NCBI RefSeq assembly: GCF_000015585.1
Contig: NC_008789.1
Coordinates: 1,320,001-1,352,000 of the forward strand
From: Halorhodospira halophila SL1
GTDB taxonomy: Bacteria; Pseudomonadota; Gammaproteobacteria; Nitrococcales; Halorhodospiraceae
Reading direction: 5' to 3'
Length of the DNA: 32,000 bases
A model generated the notes under the pieces. It was not told the DNA's origin and searched no databases. It saw nothing but the letters and a program-made list of their open reading frames with translations. The position numbers were made by a program, and so were the translations under genes. Shown one piece after another: positions 1 to 12,253 of the stretch (the stretch's first letter is position 1; the number at the start of each line of letters is the position of its first letter).

Positions 1-173
1 CGCAGATCGGTGATCAGTACATCGGGCTCTTCCCGGCGCAGCGCCTCCAGCGCCGCATCGCCGCTCTCGAAGGTGCGGACACCGTGGCCGGAGCGGCGCA
101 GCGCCTTCTCCAGCACCCAGCGGATGGACCGGTCATCGTCCACCACCCATACCTGCGATTCGGCCTCAGTCAT
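1..173 (-). CDS. ntrC: Nitrogen regulation response regulator NtrC (GlnG). Only the N-terminal receiver domain is present; the gene runs off the left edge of the window.
   Basis: Reverse-strand translation from the ATG at 173-171 gives MTEAESQVWVVDDDRSIRWVLEKALRRSGHGVRTFESGDAALEALRREEPDVLITDLR, a CheY-type receiver as in NtrC. The ATG overlaps the ntrB stop (ATGACTGA, 8-nt overlap). It is absent from the ORF track because the window edge truncates it. Confidence 0.85.
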   Translation of the reverse strand, partial: MTEAESQVWVVDDDRSIRWVLEKALRRSGHGVRTFESGDAALEALRREEPDVLITDL

Positions 174-1245
174 TTTCCGTCTCCATGGGTAACCAGATGG
201 TGAACACCGTGCGCCCCGGTTCGCTGACGCACTCAATCAGGCCACCGAGGCGGCTGACCAGGCTCTGCGCAATGGGCAGTCCCAAACCGGTACCCTCGGG
301 GCGCGAGGTGACCATCGGATAGAAGATCTGCTCCTGCTGATCGAGGGGGATCCCCGGCCCGTCGTCGATGATGTCGATGCGGGCCACCAGGCGGTGGGGC
401 TTGTCGGCGATGGTGAACTGACGCTGGGTGCGCGTACGCAGGGTGATGGTCCCCCCTGGCCCGGTGGCCTGACGGGCGTTGCGCACCAGGTTGAGCACCG
501 CCTGGACCAGGTGATTGTGCTCGGCGGTGACCGGCGGGATGCTCGGATCGTAGTCGCGCTGGAGCGCCACCGCTGGCGCCTCTGCGCGGCCTTCGGCATC
601 CTCGGCGATGACCAGCGAACGGACGCGCTCGAGGACCTCATGGATGTTGACCGGCTCCTCACGGGCCGGCGCATTGGGACCGAGCAGGGCGTCCACCAGC
701 TGCTGCAGGCGGTCCGCCTCGCGGATAATGACCTGGGTGTACTCGCGCTGGTCGCGCTCCGGGAGCTCGGCCTCCAGCAACTGCGCCGCGCCGCGCAGGC
801 CGCCGAGCGGGTTCTTGATCTCGTGGGCCAGTCCGCGGATCAGCTCCTGTACGGCACGATTCTGTGACAGCAGGTGCTGTTCGCGGGTAATACGGGCGTG
901 ACGGTCCACCTCGGCGATCTCGATCAGCACCCGTTTGGCGGAGACCGGGGTGATGGTGCAGTCGACGGTCACCGGGCGATCGCCGCGGACCGGAAGGCGA
1001 CGTTCGCGCTGGGTGTAGGCCCCGCCGGTACGCTGGGTCTGGCGGATGAGCTCTTCGAGCAGTTCCGCCCCGCGCAGTGCCGTCCCCAGGGTCTGGCCCA
1101 CCACCTGTCGGCTACTGACCCGGAACAGCGTCTCGGCGGCGTGGTTGACGTGGAGGATACGCACCCGGTCATCCACCAGCAGGACGGCGGTCGTCAGCTC
1201 CTCGAGGATCTGCGATGGGTCGCGCTCGTGATCTTCCATGTCCAT
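166..1245 (-). CDS. ntrB: Nitrogen regulation sensor histidine kinase NtrB (GlnL).
   Basis: The track ORF is 166..1341. The PAS-like N-terminus (QILEELTTAVLLVDD) aligns with E. coli NtrB, the H-box is HEIKNPLGG, and the C-terminus is an HATPase domain (DDGPGIP, GTGLGL). I place the start at MDMEDHERD (ATG 1245, alternative 1239), because the upstream 32 codons lie inside the glnA terminator. Confidence 0.9.
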   Translation of the reverse strand: MDMEDHERDPSQILEELTTAVLLVDDRVRILHVNHAAETLFRVSSRQVVGQTLGTALRGAELLEELIRQTQRTGGAYTQRERRLPVRGDRPVTVDCTITPVSAKRVLIEIAEVDRHARITREQHLLSQNRAVQELIRGLAHEIKNPLGGLRGAAQLLEAELPERDQREYTQVIIREADRLQQLVDALLGPNAPAREEPVNIHEVLERVRSLVIAEDAEGRAEAPAVALQRDYDPSIPPVTAEHNHLVQAVLNLVRNARQATGPGGTITLRTRTQRQFTIADKPHRLVARIDIIDDGPGIPLDQQEQIFYPMVTSRPEGTGLGLPIAQSLVSRLGGLIECVSEPGRTVFTIWLPMETEND

Positions 1246-1250
1246 CCCTG

Positions 1251-1266
1251 TGCAAAGCCCGGGCCA
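1251..1266 (-). promoter_or_regulatory. Sigma54-type -24/-12 promoter element immediately upstream of ntrB.
   Basis: The reverse strand reads TGGCCCGGGCTTTGCA against the consensus TGGCACG-N4-TTGCA. GG-to-GC spacing is correct and the only core mismatch is A to C. It lies 5 nt upstream of the ATG at 1245. Confidence 0.5.
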
Positions 1267-1318
1267 CCCCGACACCCCCGATGGGCGCGGTCGGATGCAC
1301 GCGCAGGCGTACGGTGAC

Positions 1319-1335
1319 TGCACCATCCGGGTGCA
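1319..1335. promoter_or_regulatory. Perfect NtrC-binding palindrome (TGCACC-N5-GGTGCA).
   Basis: The 17-mer TGCACCATCCGGGTGCA (reverse complement TGCACCCGGATGGTGCA) matches both consensus NtrC half-sites exactly. It sits between the glnA terminator and ntrB. Confidence 0.65.
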
Positions 1336-1340
1336 ATGCA

Positions 1341-1375
1341 ATAAAAAGGGGCGGCAGCCAGCCGGCCCCGCCCCC
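1341..1375 (-). terminator. Intrinsic terminator downstream of glnA.
   Basis: On the reverse strand a GC-rich stem (GGGGCGG at 1348-1354 pairs with CCGCCCC at 1368-1374) is followed by CTTTTTATT. It starts about 25 nt after the glnA stop. Confidence 0.7.
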
Positions 1376-1401
1376 TGTACACAGCATCCGCCCCGAAGGG
1401 T

Positions 1402-2817
1402 TTAGACGCTGTAGTACATGTCGAACTCCACCGGATGGGTGGTCATGCGCAGGCGCGTGACGTCGTCCATCTTCAATTGGATGTACGCGTCAATCAGGTC
1501 GTCGGAGAAGACTCCGCCCTGCTTGAGGAACTCGCGGTCGTTGTCCAGGGCCTCGAGCGCCTCGTCGAGCTGGAAGGCGACCTTGGGGATCTCCTTCTCC
1601 TCCTCCGGCGGCAGGTCGTAGAGGTCCTTGTCCATCGCCTCGCCGGGGTGGATCTTGTTGCGGATGCCATCGAGACCGGCCATCAGCATGGCGGCGAAGG
1701 TCAGGTACGGGTTGCCTGTGGGATCCGGGAAGCGGACCTCGATCCGCCGCGCCTTGGGGTTGGCCACATAGGGCACCCGCACCGAGGCGGAGCGATTGCG
1801 CGCCGAGTAGGCGAGCAGCACCGGCGCCTCGAAGCCGGGCACCAGGCGCTTGTAGCTGTTGGTGGAGGCGTTGGCGAAGGCGTTGATCGCCTTGGCGTGC
1901 TTGATGATGCCGCCGATGTAGTAGAGCGCCTCCTCGGAGAGCCCGCCGTACTGGTCCCCGGCGAAGATGTTGTTACCGCCCTTGGAGACCGACTGGTGCA
2001 CGTGCATGCCGCTGCCGTTGTCGCCCACCAGCGGCTTGGGCATGAAGGTGGCGGTCTTGCCGTAGGCGTGGGCGACGTTGTGCACGCAGTACTTGAGCGT
2101 CTGCAGCTCGTCGGCCTTCTTGACCAGGGTGCGAGCAGCCACGCCGATCTCGCACTGCCCAGCGGTCGCCACCTCGTGGTGGTGGACCTCCGGCTCCAGG
2201 CCCATCTCCTCCATCGCCTGGCACATGGCGGCACGGATGTCGTGCAGCGAGTCTACCGGCGGTACCGGGAAGTAGCCGCCCTTCACACCGGGGCGGTGGC
2301 CGATGTTGCCGTCTTTGTAGACCCGCTCGGAGTTCCAGCCGGCCTCTTCGGAGTCGATCTTGTAGAAGGTCCCGCTCATGTCGGCGCCCCAGCGGACGTC
2401 GTCGAAGACGAAGAACTCCGGCTCGGGACCGAACAGGGCGGTGTCACCCACGCCGGTGGAGGCCAGGTATGCCTCGGCGCGCCGGGCCACCGAACGCGGA
2501 TCCCGGTCGTAGCCCTGCAGGGTGCTCGGCTCGAGGATGTCGCAGACCAGATTCAGGGTGGGTTCATCGTAGAAGGGGTCGAGGGTGGCGGAGTCGGGAT
2601 CGGGGAGCATGATCATGTCCGACTCCTGGATCCCCTTCCAGCCCTGGATCGAGGAGCCGTCGAACATGGAGCCGTGTTCGAACAGATCCTCGTCGACCTG
2701 GGAGGCCGGCAAGGTCACGTGCATCTCCTTGCCGCGGGTGTCAGTAAAGCGAAGGTCGACGAATTTGACGTCTTCGTCCTCGATCAGCTTGAGGACATCT
2801 TCTCCGGTACGCGCCAT
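1402..2817 (-). CDS. glnA: Glutamine synthetase type I.
   Basis: The 471-aa ORF aligns with GlnA over its full length ([31 protein letters not shown], the adenylylation-loop region NLYDLPPEE-like [14 protein letters not shown], and a C-terminal [11 protein letters not shown]). Confidence 0.97.
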   Translation of the reverse strand: MARTGEDVLKLIEDEDVKFVDLRFTDTRGKEMHVTLPASQVDEDLFEHGSMFDGSSIQGWKGIQESDMIMLPDPDSATLDPFYDEPTLNLVCDILEPSTLQGYDRDPRSVARRAEAYLASTGVGDTALFGPEPEFFVFDDVRWGADMSGTFYKIDSEEAGWNSERVYKDGNIGHRPGVKGGYFPVPPVDSLHDIRAAMCQAMEEMGLEPEVHHHEVATAGQCEIGVAARTLVKKADELQTLKYCVHNVAHAYGKTATFMPKPLVGDNGSGMHVHQSVSKGGNNIFAGDQYGGLSEEALYYIGGIIKHAKAINAFANASTNSYKRLVPGFEAPVLLAYSARNRSASVRVPYVANPKARRIEVRFPDPTGNPYLTFAAMLMAGLDGIRNKIHPGEAMDKDLYDLPPEEEKEIPKVAFQLDEALEALDNDREFLKQGGVFSDDLIDAYIQLKMDDVTRLRMTTHPVEFDMYYSV

Positions 2818-2857
2818 AAGCTCACAGCCTCTGCAAAGGAATCAATTGGGCGGAGCG

Positions 2858-2874
2858 TGCGCCGGGAAGGTGCA
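2858..2874. promoter_or_regulatory. Near-consensus NtrC-like site upstream of glnA.
   Basis: The reverse strand reads TGCACCTTCCCGGCGCA, one mismatch from TGCACC-N5-GGTGCA. It lies 41-57 nt upstream of the glnA ATG. Confidence 0.4.
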
Positions 2875-2953
2875 AAGCCCCGCAGCCGCGACTTATTGTG
2901 GGGCATTTCGCGGCCCAACGCACCCGCGGCGTGACGCTGCGCCCGCGCAGTGG

Positions 2954-3187
2954 TCACGAACCGCCGACGCGGATGCGAATCCGATGCTCATCGCCCGTCT
3001 CGCGGGCACCCACGACCTCGTGGCCATGGACCCGGCACCAGGCAGGGATATCCTCCAGGGCCCCGGGGTCCGTAACCACCACCTCGAGCTCGTCGCCGAC
3101 GCTTAGCCGAGCCACCTGCGCCTGGGTGCGAATCACAGGCAGGGGGCAAAGGAGATGGCGGCAGTCGAGTTCTTCAGTCGTCGCCAT
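2954..3187 (-). CDS. tusA: TusA/SirA-family sulfur carrier protein.
   Basis: The track ORF is 2954..3202. The protein has the LDCRHLLCPLPV active-site Cys-Pro-x-Pro motif of TusA. I prefer the ATG at 3187 (MATTEELDC) because GGGAGG lies 5 nt upstream of it. It overlaps the upstream gene's stop by 14 nt. Confidence 0.8.
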   Translation of the reverse strand: MATTEELDCRHLLCPLPVIRTQAQVARLSVGDELEVVVTDPGALEDIPAWCRVHGHEVVGARETGDEHRIRIRVGGS

Positions 3188-4238
3188 GGGCGCCTCCCAC
3201 ATACCACGCGTCGGGAACGCTATCGGTCGCCATGGGCGGCACCGAGAGCGCTCGTACCTGGCCGTCCGTATCCTCGAATTCCAGATCCACCTGCTCGGCG
3301 TTGCGGCCGGAGGAGTAGCGAGCCACCAGACGGGCGGCCAGTTCCAGGTCGTGGTCGTCCACGGGGCCGTCGATCAATGCCACCGGCCCACCGTGGCTAA
3401 TGGTGCGCAGATGCGGGTAGGAGCGCTTATAGCCCTGCAGGAAGCGGGTCTCTCCGGCTTCGCGGGCAATGATCAGCTTGAAGTGCTCGCGCGGGCGCAG
3501 ATGCCGCCCGACCTTGAGGAGCATGATGTCGTCCAGATCGTAGGCCCGAGCGCCGCGCGCCTGCCACAGATCGGCGAGCTTGGCCGAGTAGGAAGCGTCA
3601 GTAAGGAAACAGCAGCCGCCGGCAGGCTGCGCCCAACTCTCGAGCCCCAGGCTGCGCGCCAGCGCGAACTGCGGCTTCCGCGACCGACCGTGCAACTCAT
3701 AGAGGCGCTCACGGTCCACCCAACCCTCGCGCTCGGGGCGGGTCGGCTCGAGGAGTTTCGCCGAAAGCGGACGCAGAAGGAGGTCTTCGACCTGGGCATC
3801 GCGGGTGATCACCGGCAGCTTGTCCCGCGTCTGTGATTTGGGCCGCTGACCGATGACCTCACCGGTGACGATGAAGTCGAAGCCGTTGGCCTGGATCCAC
3901 TCGCGGGCCTTGCCCACCATGAAGACCTTGCAATCGAGGCAAGGGTTGAGGTTGGCGCCATAACCATAGCGGGGATTGGTCAGGACCTCCTTGTACTCCT
4001 CGATGACATCGACGATGTGCAGCGGCATGCCCAGCTGCTCGGCCACCCACAGCGCGTTGTTGCGTTTGGGGCGATCCTGGTCCTTGCCGCGGATGGCGTG
4101 GGTGTGTCCCTCGACGCAGAAGCCGGTGTAGAAATTGATCCCCTCCACATGCACGCCCTGATCCTGGACCACGCGGGCGGCCAGCATGGAGTCGAGACCC
4201 CCGGAGATGAGTGCGACGGCTTTCGGTTGCTCGGGCAT
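3174..4238 (-). CDS. PP-loop (adenine nucleotide alpha-hydrolase) ATPase, a ThiI/MnmA-like putative tRNA thiolation enzyme. It has no THUMP or rhodanese domain.
   Basis: The 354-aa ORF carries the SGGLDS PP-loop at residues 12-17, so there is no N-terminal THUMP domain. It also has an NPCLDCK CxxC motif, a GGCCF Cys pair, and a GEVIGQRPKSQ segment. The C-terminal ~150 aa are not recognisable to me. Confidence 0.7.
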   Translation of the reverse strand: MPEQPKAVALISGGLDSMLAARVVQDQGVHVEGINFYTGFCVEGHTHAIRGKDQDRPKRNNALWVAEQLGMPLHIVDVIEEYKEVLTNPRYGYGANLNPCLDCKVFMVGKAREWIQANGFDFIVTGEVIGQRPKSQTRDKLPVITRDAQVEDLLLRPLSAKLLEPTRPEREGWVDRERLYELHGRSRKPQFALARSLGLESWAQPAGGCCFLTDASYSAKLADLWQARGARAYDLDDIMLLKVGRHLRPREHFKLIIAREAGETRFLQGYKRSYPHLRTISHGGPVALIDGPVDDHDLELAARLVARYSSGRNAEQVDLEFEDTDGQVRALSVPPMATDSVPDAWYVGGAHGDD

Positions 4239-4369
4239 GACACGCGGTTGTATCGGAATGGAAGCGAAATTCTACCAAACCCGCCGTTGAGCCCGTGCAA
4301 GTGCCCGGCACAGATCGCTATACTGCGCCGCTACTGCGCACAGAGCCGACGGGACCAACGGAGGCGAGC

Positions 4370-5284
4370 TTGGCCGAGTTACCGCGGGACTTTCAGGAAC
4401 TCATCCTCAACCTACAGCAGTACTGGGCCCGGCAGGGCTGTGTGGTATTGCAGCCGCTGGACATCGAGGTGGGCGCCGGGACCTTCCACCCGGCAACCTT
4501 CCTGCGCGCCGTGGGCCCGGAGCCCTGGCACGCTGCCTATGTCCAGCCGTCACGCCGGCCCACCGACGGGCGCTACGGCGACAACCCCAACCGCCTGCAG
4601 CACTACTACCAATTCCAGGTGGTGCTCAAGCCATCGCCGGCGGATTTCCAGGAGCGCTACCTGGGCTCCCTGGAGCAGCTTGGCATCGATCCACAGATCC
4701 ACGACATCCGCTTCGTCGAGGACGACTGGGAGTCCCCCACCCTGGGCGCCTGGGGCCTGGGCTGGGAGGTGTGGCTCAACGGCATGGAGATCAGCCAGTT
4801 CACCTACTTCCAGCAGGTGGGCGGGCTCGACTGCCGGCCGGTGATGGGCGAGATCACCTACGGGCTGGAGCGCATCGCCATGTACCTGCAGAACGTGGAG
4901 AGCGTCTACGACCTGGTCTGGACGCACACCGACGCGGGACCGGTGACCTACGGCGACGTCTTCCTGCAGAACGAACGCGAGCAGTCGGCGTACAACTTCG
5001 AGCAGGCGCCGGTGGAGGCCCTGCTTGCGGCGTTCGGACACCAGGAACAGGAGTGCCGACGCCTCGTCGAGGAGGGCCTGCCGCTGCCAGCCTACGAGCA
5101 GGTCCTCAAGGCCTCGCACACGTTTAACCTGCTCGACGCGCGGGGCGCCATCTCGGTCACCGAGCGCCAGGGCTACATCCTGCGGGTACGCAATCTGGCC
5201 CGCACCGTGGCGCAGGGCTACTACCAGTCGCGCGAGGAACTTGGCTTTCCGCTGCTGCAGGATAAGGAGTCCACCCATGGCTGA
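4370..5284 (+). CDS. glyQ: Glycine--tRNA ligase alpha subunit.
   Basis: The track ORF is 4295..5284. Identity to E. coli GlyQ is strong ([41 protein letters not shown]). Homology begins near FQELI. A TTG at 4370 preceded by GGAGG (5-nt spacer) gives 304 aa against 303 aa in E. coli. The ATG at 4295 is the alternative start. Confidence 0.93.
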   Translation: MAELPRDFQELILNLQQYWARQGCVVLQPLDIEVGAGTFHPATFLRAVGPEPWHAAYVQPSRRPTDGRYGDNPNRLQHYYQFQVVLKPSPADFQERYLGSLEQLGIDPQIHDIRFVEDDWESPTLGAWGLGWEVWLNGMEISQFTYFQQVGGLDCRPVMGEITYGLERIAMYLQNVESVYDLVWTHTDAGPVTYGDVFLQNEREQSAYNFEQAPVEALLAAFGHQEQECRRLVEEGLPLPAYEQVLKASHTFNLLDARGAISVTERQGYILRVRNLARTVAQGYYQSREELGFPLLQDKESTHG

Positions 5285-7367
5285 ACGCCGCCCCCTGCTC
5301 ATCGAGATCGGGACCGAGGAGCTGCCCCCCAAGGCCCTGCAGCGGCTGATGATCGCCTTCCGGAACGACCTGGCCAGCGCGCTCGAGGAGCAGCGCCTGC
5401 AGCCCGTGGGCGTTCAGGCATTCGCCACGCCGCGCCGGCTGGCCGTGCGGTTCGAGGGCGTGGACACCCGCCAGGCCGATGAACAGATCGAGCGTCTCGG
5501 GCCCAAGGTCGAGGCCGCTTACGACGCCGCAGGGCAGGCCACCAAGGCCGCCGAGGGGTTCGCCCGCTCCTGCGGCGTCGATGTCGATGCGCTCGACAGC
5601 GTGGAGACCGACAAGGGCCCGCGTCTGGTATGGCGGGGGGTCCAGCCCGGCGAGGCCACCGAGACGATCCTCCCCGGGCTGGTGGAGGCAGCGCTAGGCC
5701 GGCTCCCGATCCCTAAGCGCATGCGCTGGGGTAGCGGTGAGGTGGAGTTCGTGCGCCCCGTGCACTGGACAGTGGCCCTGCTCGGTGAACAGGTGATCCC
5801 CGGTACCATCCTCGGCATCCCCACCGGGCGGATCACCTACGGGCACCGCTTCCACGGACGCGGCCGCAGGGGCATCGAGATCCCTGAGCCGGGCGCCTAC
5901 GAGCGGCTTCTGGAGGAGCAGGGACATGTGGTGGCTGACTTTGTCGAACGCCGGCGCCGCGTCGAGACCGGCGTCCGCCAGGAGGCAGAGCGTGCCGGCG
6001 GCGTGCCGGTGGGCGAGGAGGCACTGTTCGACGAGGTCACCGGGCTGGTCGAGTGGCCGGTGGCACTCTCCGGCGACTTCGACCAACGCTTCCTGAAGAT
6101 CCCCGAGGAGGCGCTGATCTCCAGCATGCAGGGCCACCAGCGCTGCTTTCCCGTCCGCGGCACCGACGGCCAGCTGCTGGCGCGCTTCATCACCGTCGCC
6201 AACATCGAGAGCCAAGATCCCCAGCAGGTCCGTCACGGTAACGAGCGCGTGATCCGTCCGCGCCTGGCCGACGCCGAGTTCTTCTGGCAGCAGGATCGCC
6301 GCCTGGCCTTGGGCGAACGGCTCGAGCAGCTGCGTCAGGTGGTCTTCCACCGTAGCCTGGGCGATCTGCACGCGCGCAGCCAGCGGATCAGCCGCCTGGC
6401 AGGCTTGGTGACCGAACGGATCGGGGCGGACGTTGAGGCAGCCCGCCGGGCCGGATTGCTAGCCAAGTGCGATCTGGTCACCGAGATGGTCGACGAATTT
6501 CCCGAGCTACAGGGGATCATGGGCGGTCACTACGCCCGCGCCGACGGCGAGGGCGACGCGGTGGCTGCGGCCATCGCCGCCCACTATCGACCGGCCTACG
6601 CCGGGGATGCACTGCCTGAGACTCCGGAGGGGCAGGCGGTCAGTATCGCCGATCGCATCGATACGCTGGTCGGGATCTTCGCCGCCGACGGCGCCCCCTC
6701 GGCGGACAAGGACCCGTTCGGGCTGCGGCGGGCCGCCATCGGTCTGCTGCGCTGCCTGATCGAGGGCGGCCACGATCTGTCGCTGCGCGAATTCCTCGAT
6801 ACCGCAGCCGGGATGATCGCCGACGAGTGCGGCGTGAGCACCGAAGGCATCGCCGAACAGGTTGCCGCTTTCTGTCACGAGCGGCTGCGCGGCTACTATG
6901 CCGAGCGCGGCTACGCCGCCGAGGTCTTCGAAGCGGTGGCAGCGGTGGCTCCGTCGTCGCCCCTCGATTTCCACCGCCGCCTGGTGGCGTGCTCGACGTT
7001 CCGCGAGCGCAGCGAGGCGCAGACGCTCGGGGAGGCGAATAAGCGCATTGGCAACATCCTGCGCCGTGCCGAGGTCGACCCGCAGACCCGGCCCGAGGCC
7101 GTCGAGGCGGACGGCGAGGCCGCCGAGCGGGCACTGGCCGAGGCGCTGCGCGAGGCGTGGTCGGTGGCAGGTCCTCGGATCGACCGCGGCGAATACGATG
7201 CCGCCCTCACGGCGCTGGCAGAGTTGCACGGGCCGGTGGACCGCTTCTTCACCGACGTTATGGTGATGGCCGAGGATGAAGCTGTCCGCCAACGCCGGCT
7301 GGAACTCCTCGGAGCCGTCCGTCACGCCTTCCGCGCCGTGGCGGACCTCTCCCACCTGCCGGGCTGA
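5277..7367 (+). CDS. glyS: Glycine--tRNA ligase beta subunit.
   Basis: The start is [21 protein letters not shown], inside track ORF 5025..7367, and its ATG overlaps the glyQ stop (ATGGCTGA). The product is 696 aa. The protein upstream of this Met in the track ORF is out of context. Confidence 0.95.
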   Translation: MAERRPLLIEIGTEELPPKALQRLMIAFRNDLASALEEQRLQPVGVQAFATPRRLAVRFEGVDTRQADEQIERLGPKVEAAYDAAGQATKAAEGFARSCGVDVDALDSVETDKGPRLVWRGVQPGEATETILPGLVEAALGRLPIPKRMRWGSGEVEFVRPVHWTVALLGEQVIPGTILGIPTGRITYGHRFHGRGRRGIEIPEPGAYERLLEEQGHVVADFVERRRRVETGVRQEAERAGGVPVGEEALFDEVTGLVEWPVALSGDFDQRFLKIPEEALISSMQGHQRCFPVRGTDGQLLARFITVANIESQDPQQVRHGNERVIRPRLADAEFFWQQDRRLALGERLEQLRQVVFHRSLGDLHARSQRISRLAGLVTERIGADVEAARRAGLLAKCDLVTEMVDEFPELQGIMGGHYARADGEGDAVAAAIAAHYRPAYAGDALPETPEGQAVSIADRIDTLVGIFAADGAPSADKDPFGLRRAAIGLLRCLIEGGHDLSLREFLDTAAGMIADECGVSTEGIAEQVAAFCHERLRGYYAERGYAAEVFEAVAAVAPSSPLDFHRRLVACSTFRERSEAQTLGEANKRIGNILRRAEVDPQTRPEAVEADGEAAERALAEALREAWSVAGPRIDRGEYDAALTALAELHGPVDRFFTDVMVMAEDEAVRQRRLELLGAVRHAFRAVADLSHLPG

Positions 7368-7375
7368 GCGCCGCC

Positions 7376-7924
7376 ATGCCGTGGGTCATCCTCGATCGGG
7401 ATGGGGTTATCAACCACGACTCCGACGCCTTCATCCGCAGCCCGCAGGAGTGGGTGCCCATCCCGGGCAGCATCGAGGCCATGGCCCGGCTGACCCGGGC
7501 CGGCTGGCGGGTGGCCATCGCCACCAACCAGTCGGGGCTGGCTCGGGGATTGTTCAACGCAGAGACGCTGGCGGCGATTCACGACAAGCTGGAGCGGACC
7601 GTCGCCGCCCGGGGCGGACGCATCGACGCGCTCGCCTATTGTCCCCACGGCCCGGACGACGGCTGCACCTGCCGCAAGCCAGCTCCGGGGCTCTACCGAG
7701 AGCTGGCCGATCGTCTCGGCGAACCGTTGCAGGGGGTCCCGGTGATCGGCGACTCGGCCCGGGACTTGGAGGCCGCCGCGGCGGTGGGGGCGCGGCCGGT
7801 GCTGGTGCGCACTGGTAAGGGCGAGGGTACGCTCGCCCGTGCGGGCCTACCTCCGGGGACGGAGGTCCACGCTGATCTAGCGGCGGCTGTGGCAGCGCTA
7901 CTCGAGGAGGGAGAAGGGGCATGA
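7376..7924 (+). CDS. gmhB: D-glycero-beta-D-manno-heptose-1,7-bisphosphate 7-phosphatase (HAD family).
   Basis: The protein has the DRDGVIN nucleophile motif, the CxCRKP zinc/loop motif (CTCRKPAPG), and GDSARD. Confidence 0.9.
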   Translation: MPWVILDRDGVINHDSDAFIRSPQEWVPIPGSIEAMARLTRAGWRVAIATNQSGLARGLFNAETLAAIHDKLERTVAARGGRIDALAYCPHGPDDGCTCRKPAPGLYRELADRLGEPLQGVPVIGDSARDLEAAAAVGARPVLVRTGKGEGTLARAGLPPGTEVHADLAAAVAALLEEGEGA

Positions 7925-8667
7925 AGGTCAAGGGCGGTACCCCGCGCGAATGGGTTGGCAGCGCACTGCACCTGGGGCTCATGGCCCTGACGGCACCGCT
8001 GTGGGCAATACTGGGCATGCTGACCTACCCGCTGGGCTACCGACTCCGCTATCGCTTTCTGACCGCCTGGGGACGGCTGGTGATCGAGTCGGCGCGCTGG
8101 CTTTGCGGGCTCGACTACCGGGTCCACGGCCTGGAGAACCGCCCCGACCACGCCGCCGTCGTTATGGCCAAGCACCAGTCGGCTTGGGAGACGCTAGCGC
8201 TGCTCCAGTGGTTCTCGCCGCAGACGTGGGTGCTCAAGGAGTCGCTGATGCGCATCCCCTTCTTCGGCTGGGGGCTGCGGCTGCTTGAGCCCATCGCCAT
8301 CGACCGCAAGGCGCGGGGGACCGCACGGCAACAAGTGATCGAACAGGGGACCGACCGCCTGCAACGGGGCCGCTGGGTCGTGGTCTTTCCAGAGGGGACG
8401 CGCGTGCCCCCGGGACAGAAGGGCCGCTACCGTAGCGGCGGGGCACAGCTGGCGATCCGCGCCGGTGTCCCGGTGGTGCCCGTCGCCCACAATGCCGGTC
8501 GCTTCTGGGGCCGGAACAGCCCGTTGCGGCGGGCTGGACAGATCCAGGTCCATGTCGGCCCGCCGGTCGCCACCGAGGGCCGCAGCGCGGAGGAGGTGAC
8601 CACGGAGGTCGAGGCGTGGATCGAGGCGCGGATGGCGGAGCTGGAGAGCCGCCCAGCGGCCCGGTAA
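7921..8667 (+). CDS. plsC: 1-acyl-sn-glycerol-3-phosphate acyltransferase (lysophospholipid acyltransferase family).
   Basis: It has the KHQSAWE (HxxxxD/E-type) and VFPEGTR acyltransferase motifs and a 4-nt ATGA overlap with gmhB. The position after glyQS-gmhB matches what I recall of the Pseudomonas origin region. Confidence 0.85.
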   Translation: MKVKGGTPREWVGSALHLGLMALTAPLWAILGMLTYPLGYRLRYRFLTAWGRLVIESARWLCGLDYRVHGLENRPDHAAVVMAKHQSAWETLALLQWFSPQTWVLKESLMRIPFFGWGLRLLEPIAIDRKARGTARQQVIEQGTDRLQRGRWVVVFPEGTRVPPGQKGRYRSGGAQLAIRAGVPVVPVAHNAGRFWGRNSPLRRAGQIQVHVGPPVATEGRSAEEVTTEVEAWIEARMAELESRPAAR

Positions 8668-8676
8668 CCGGCGGCG

Positions 8677-8709
8677 GCCCCTCCGGAGCGACCGCCGGTC
8701 CGGAGGGGC
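8677..8709. terminator. GC-rich hairpin between convergent plsC and gyrB.
   Basis: GCCCCTCCGG (8677-8686) pairs with CCGGAGGGGC (8700-8709). There is no clear U-tract on either strand. Confidence 0.4.
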
Positions 8710-8716
8710 ATCGGGA

Positions 8717-12248
<3,532 letters not shown>

Positions 12249-12253
12249 TCGGT

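Noticed and set aside
1246-1341. N-terminal extensions offered by the ORF track: ntrB to 1341, dnaA to 14987, kdsB to 31340, glyS from 5025, maf from 23908, yidD from 15442, rnpA from 15209.
   Set aside because: The extensions overlap neighbouring genes or terminators and are not homologous to the respective families. The internal starts chosen match family N-termini, and most show start/stop coupling with the upstream gene.
2871-2888. A sigma54-like GGCTGCGGGGCTTTGCA (reverse strand) upstream of glnA.
   Set aside because: The GG-to-GC spacing is 2 nt too long for a -24/-12 promoter. The TGCAC part is better explained as the left half of an NtrC-like site.
2902-2918. A weak sigma54 candidate TGGGCCGCGAAATGCC (reverse strand) upstream of glnA.
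   Set aside because: The spacing is correct but both elements are degenerate (GGGCC instead of GGCAC, and ATGC instead of TTGC). It is mentioned in a finding but is too weak to annotate as a feature.
1435-2934. A 499-aa plus-strand ORF, with several smaller ones, overlapping glnA.
   Set aside because: It is antisense to an unmistakable glnA. Its composition is Gly/Val/Asp/Leu/His-rich mirror-frame sequence typical of high-GC DNA, and it carries no recognisable motif.
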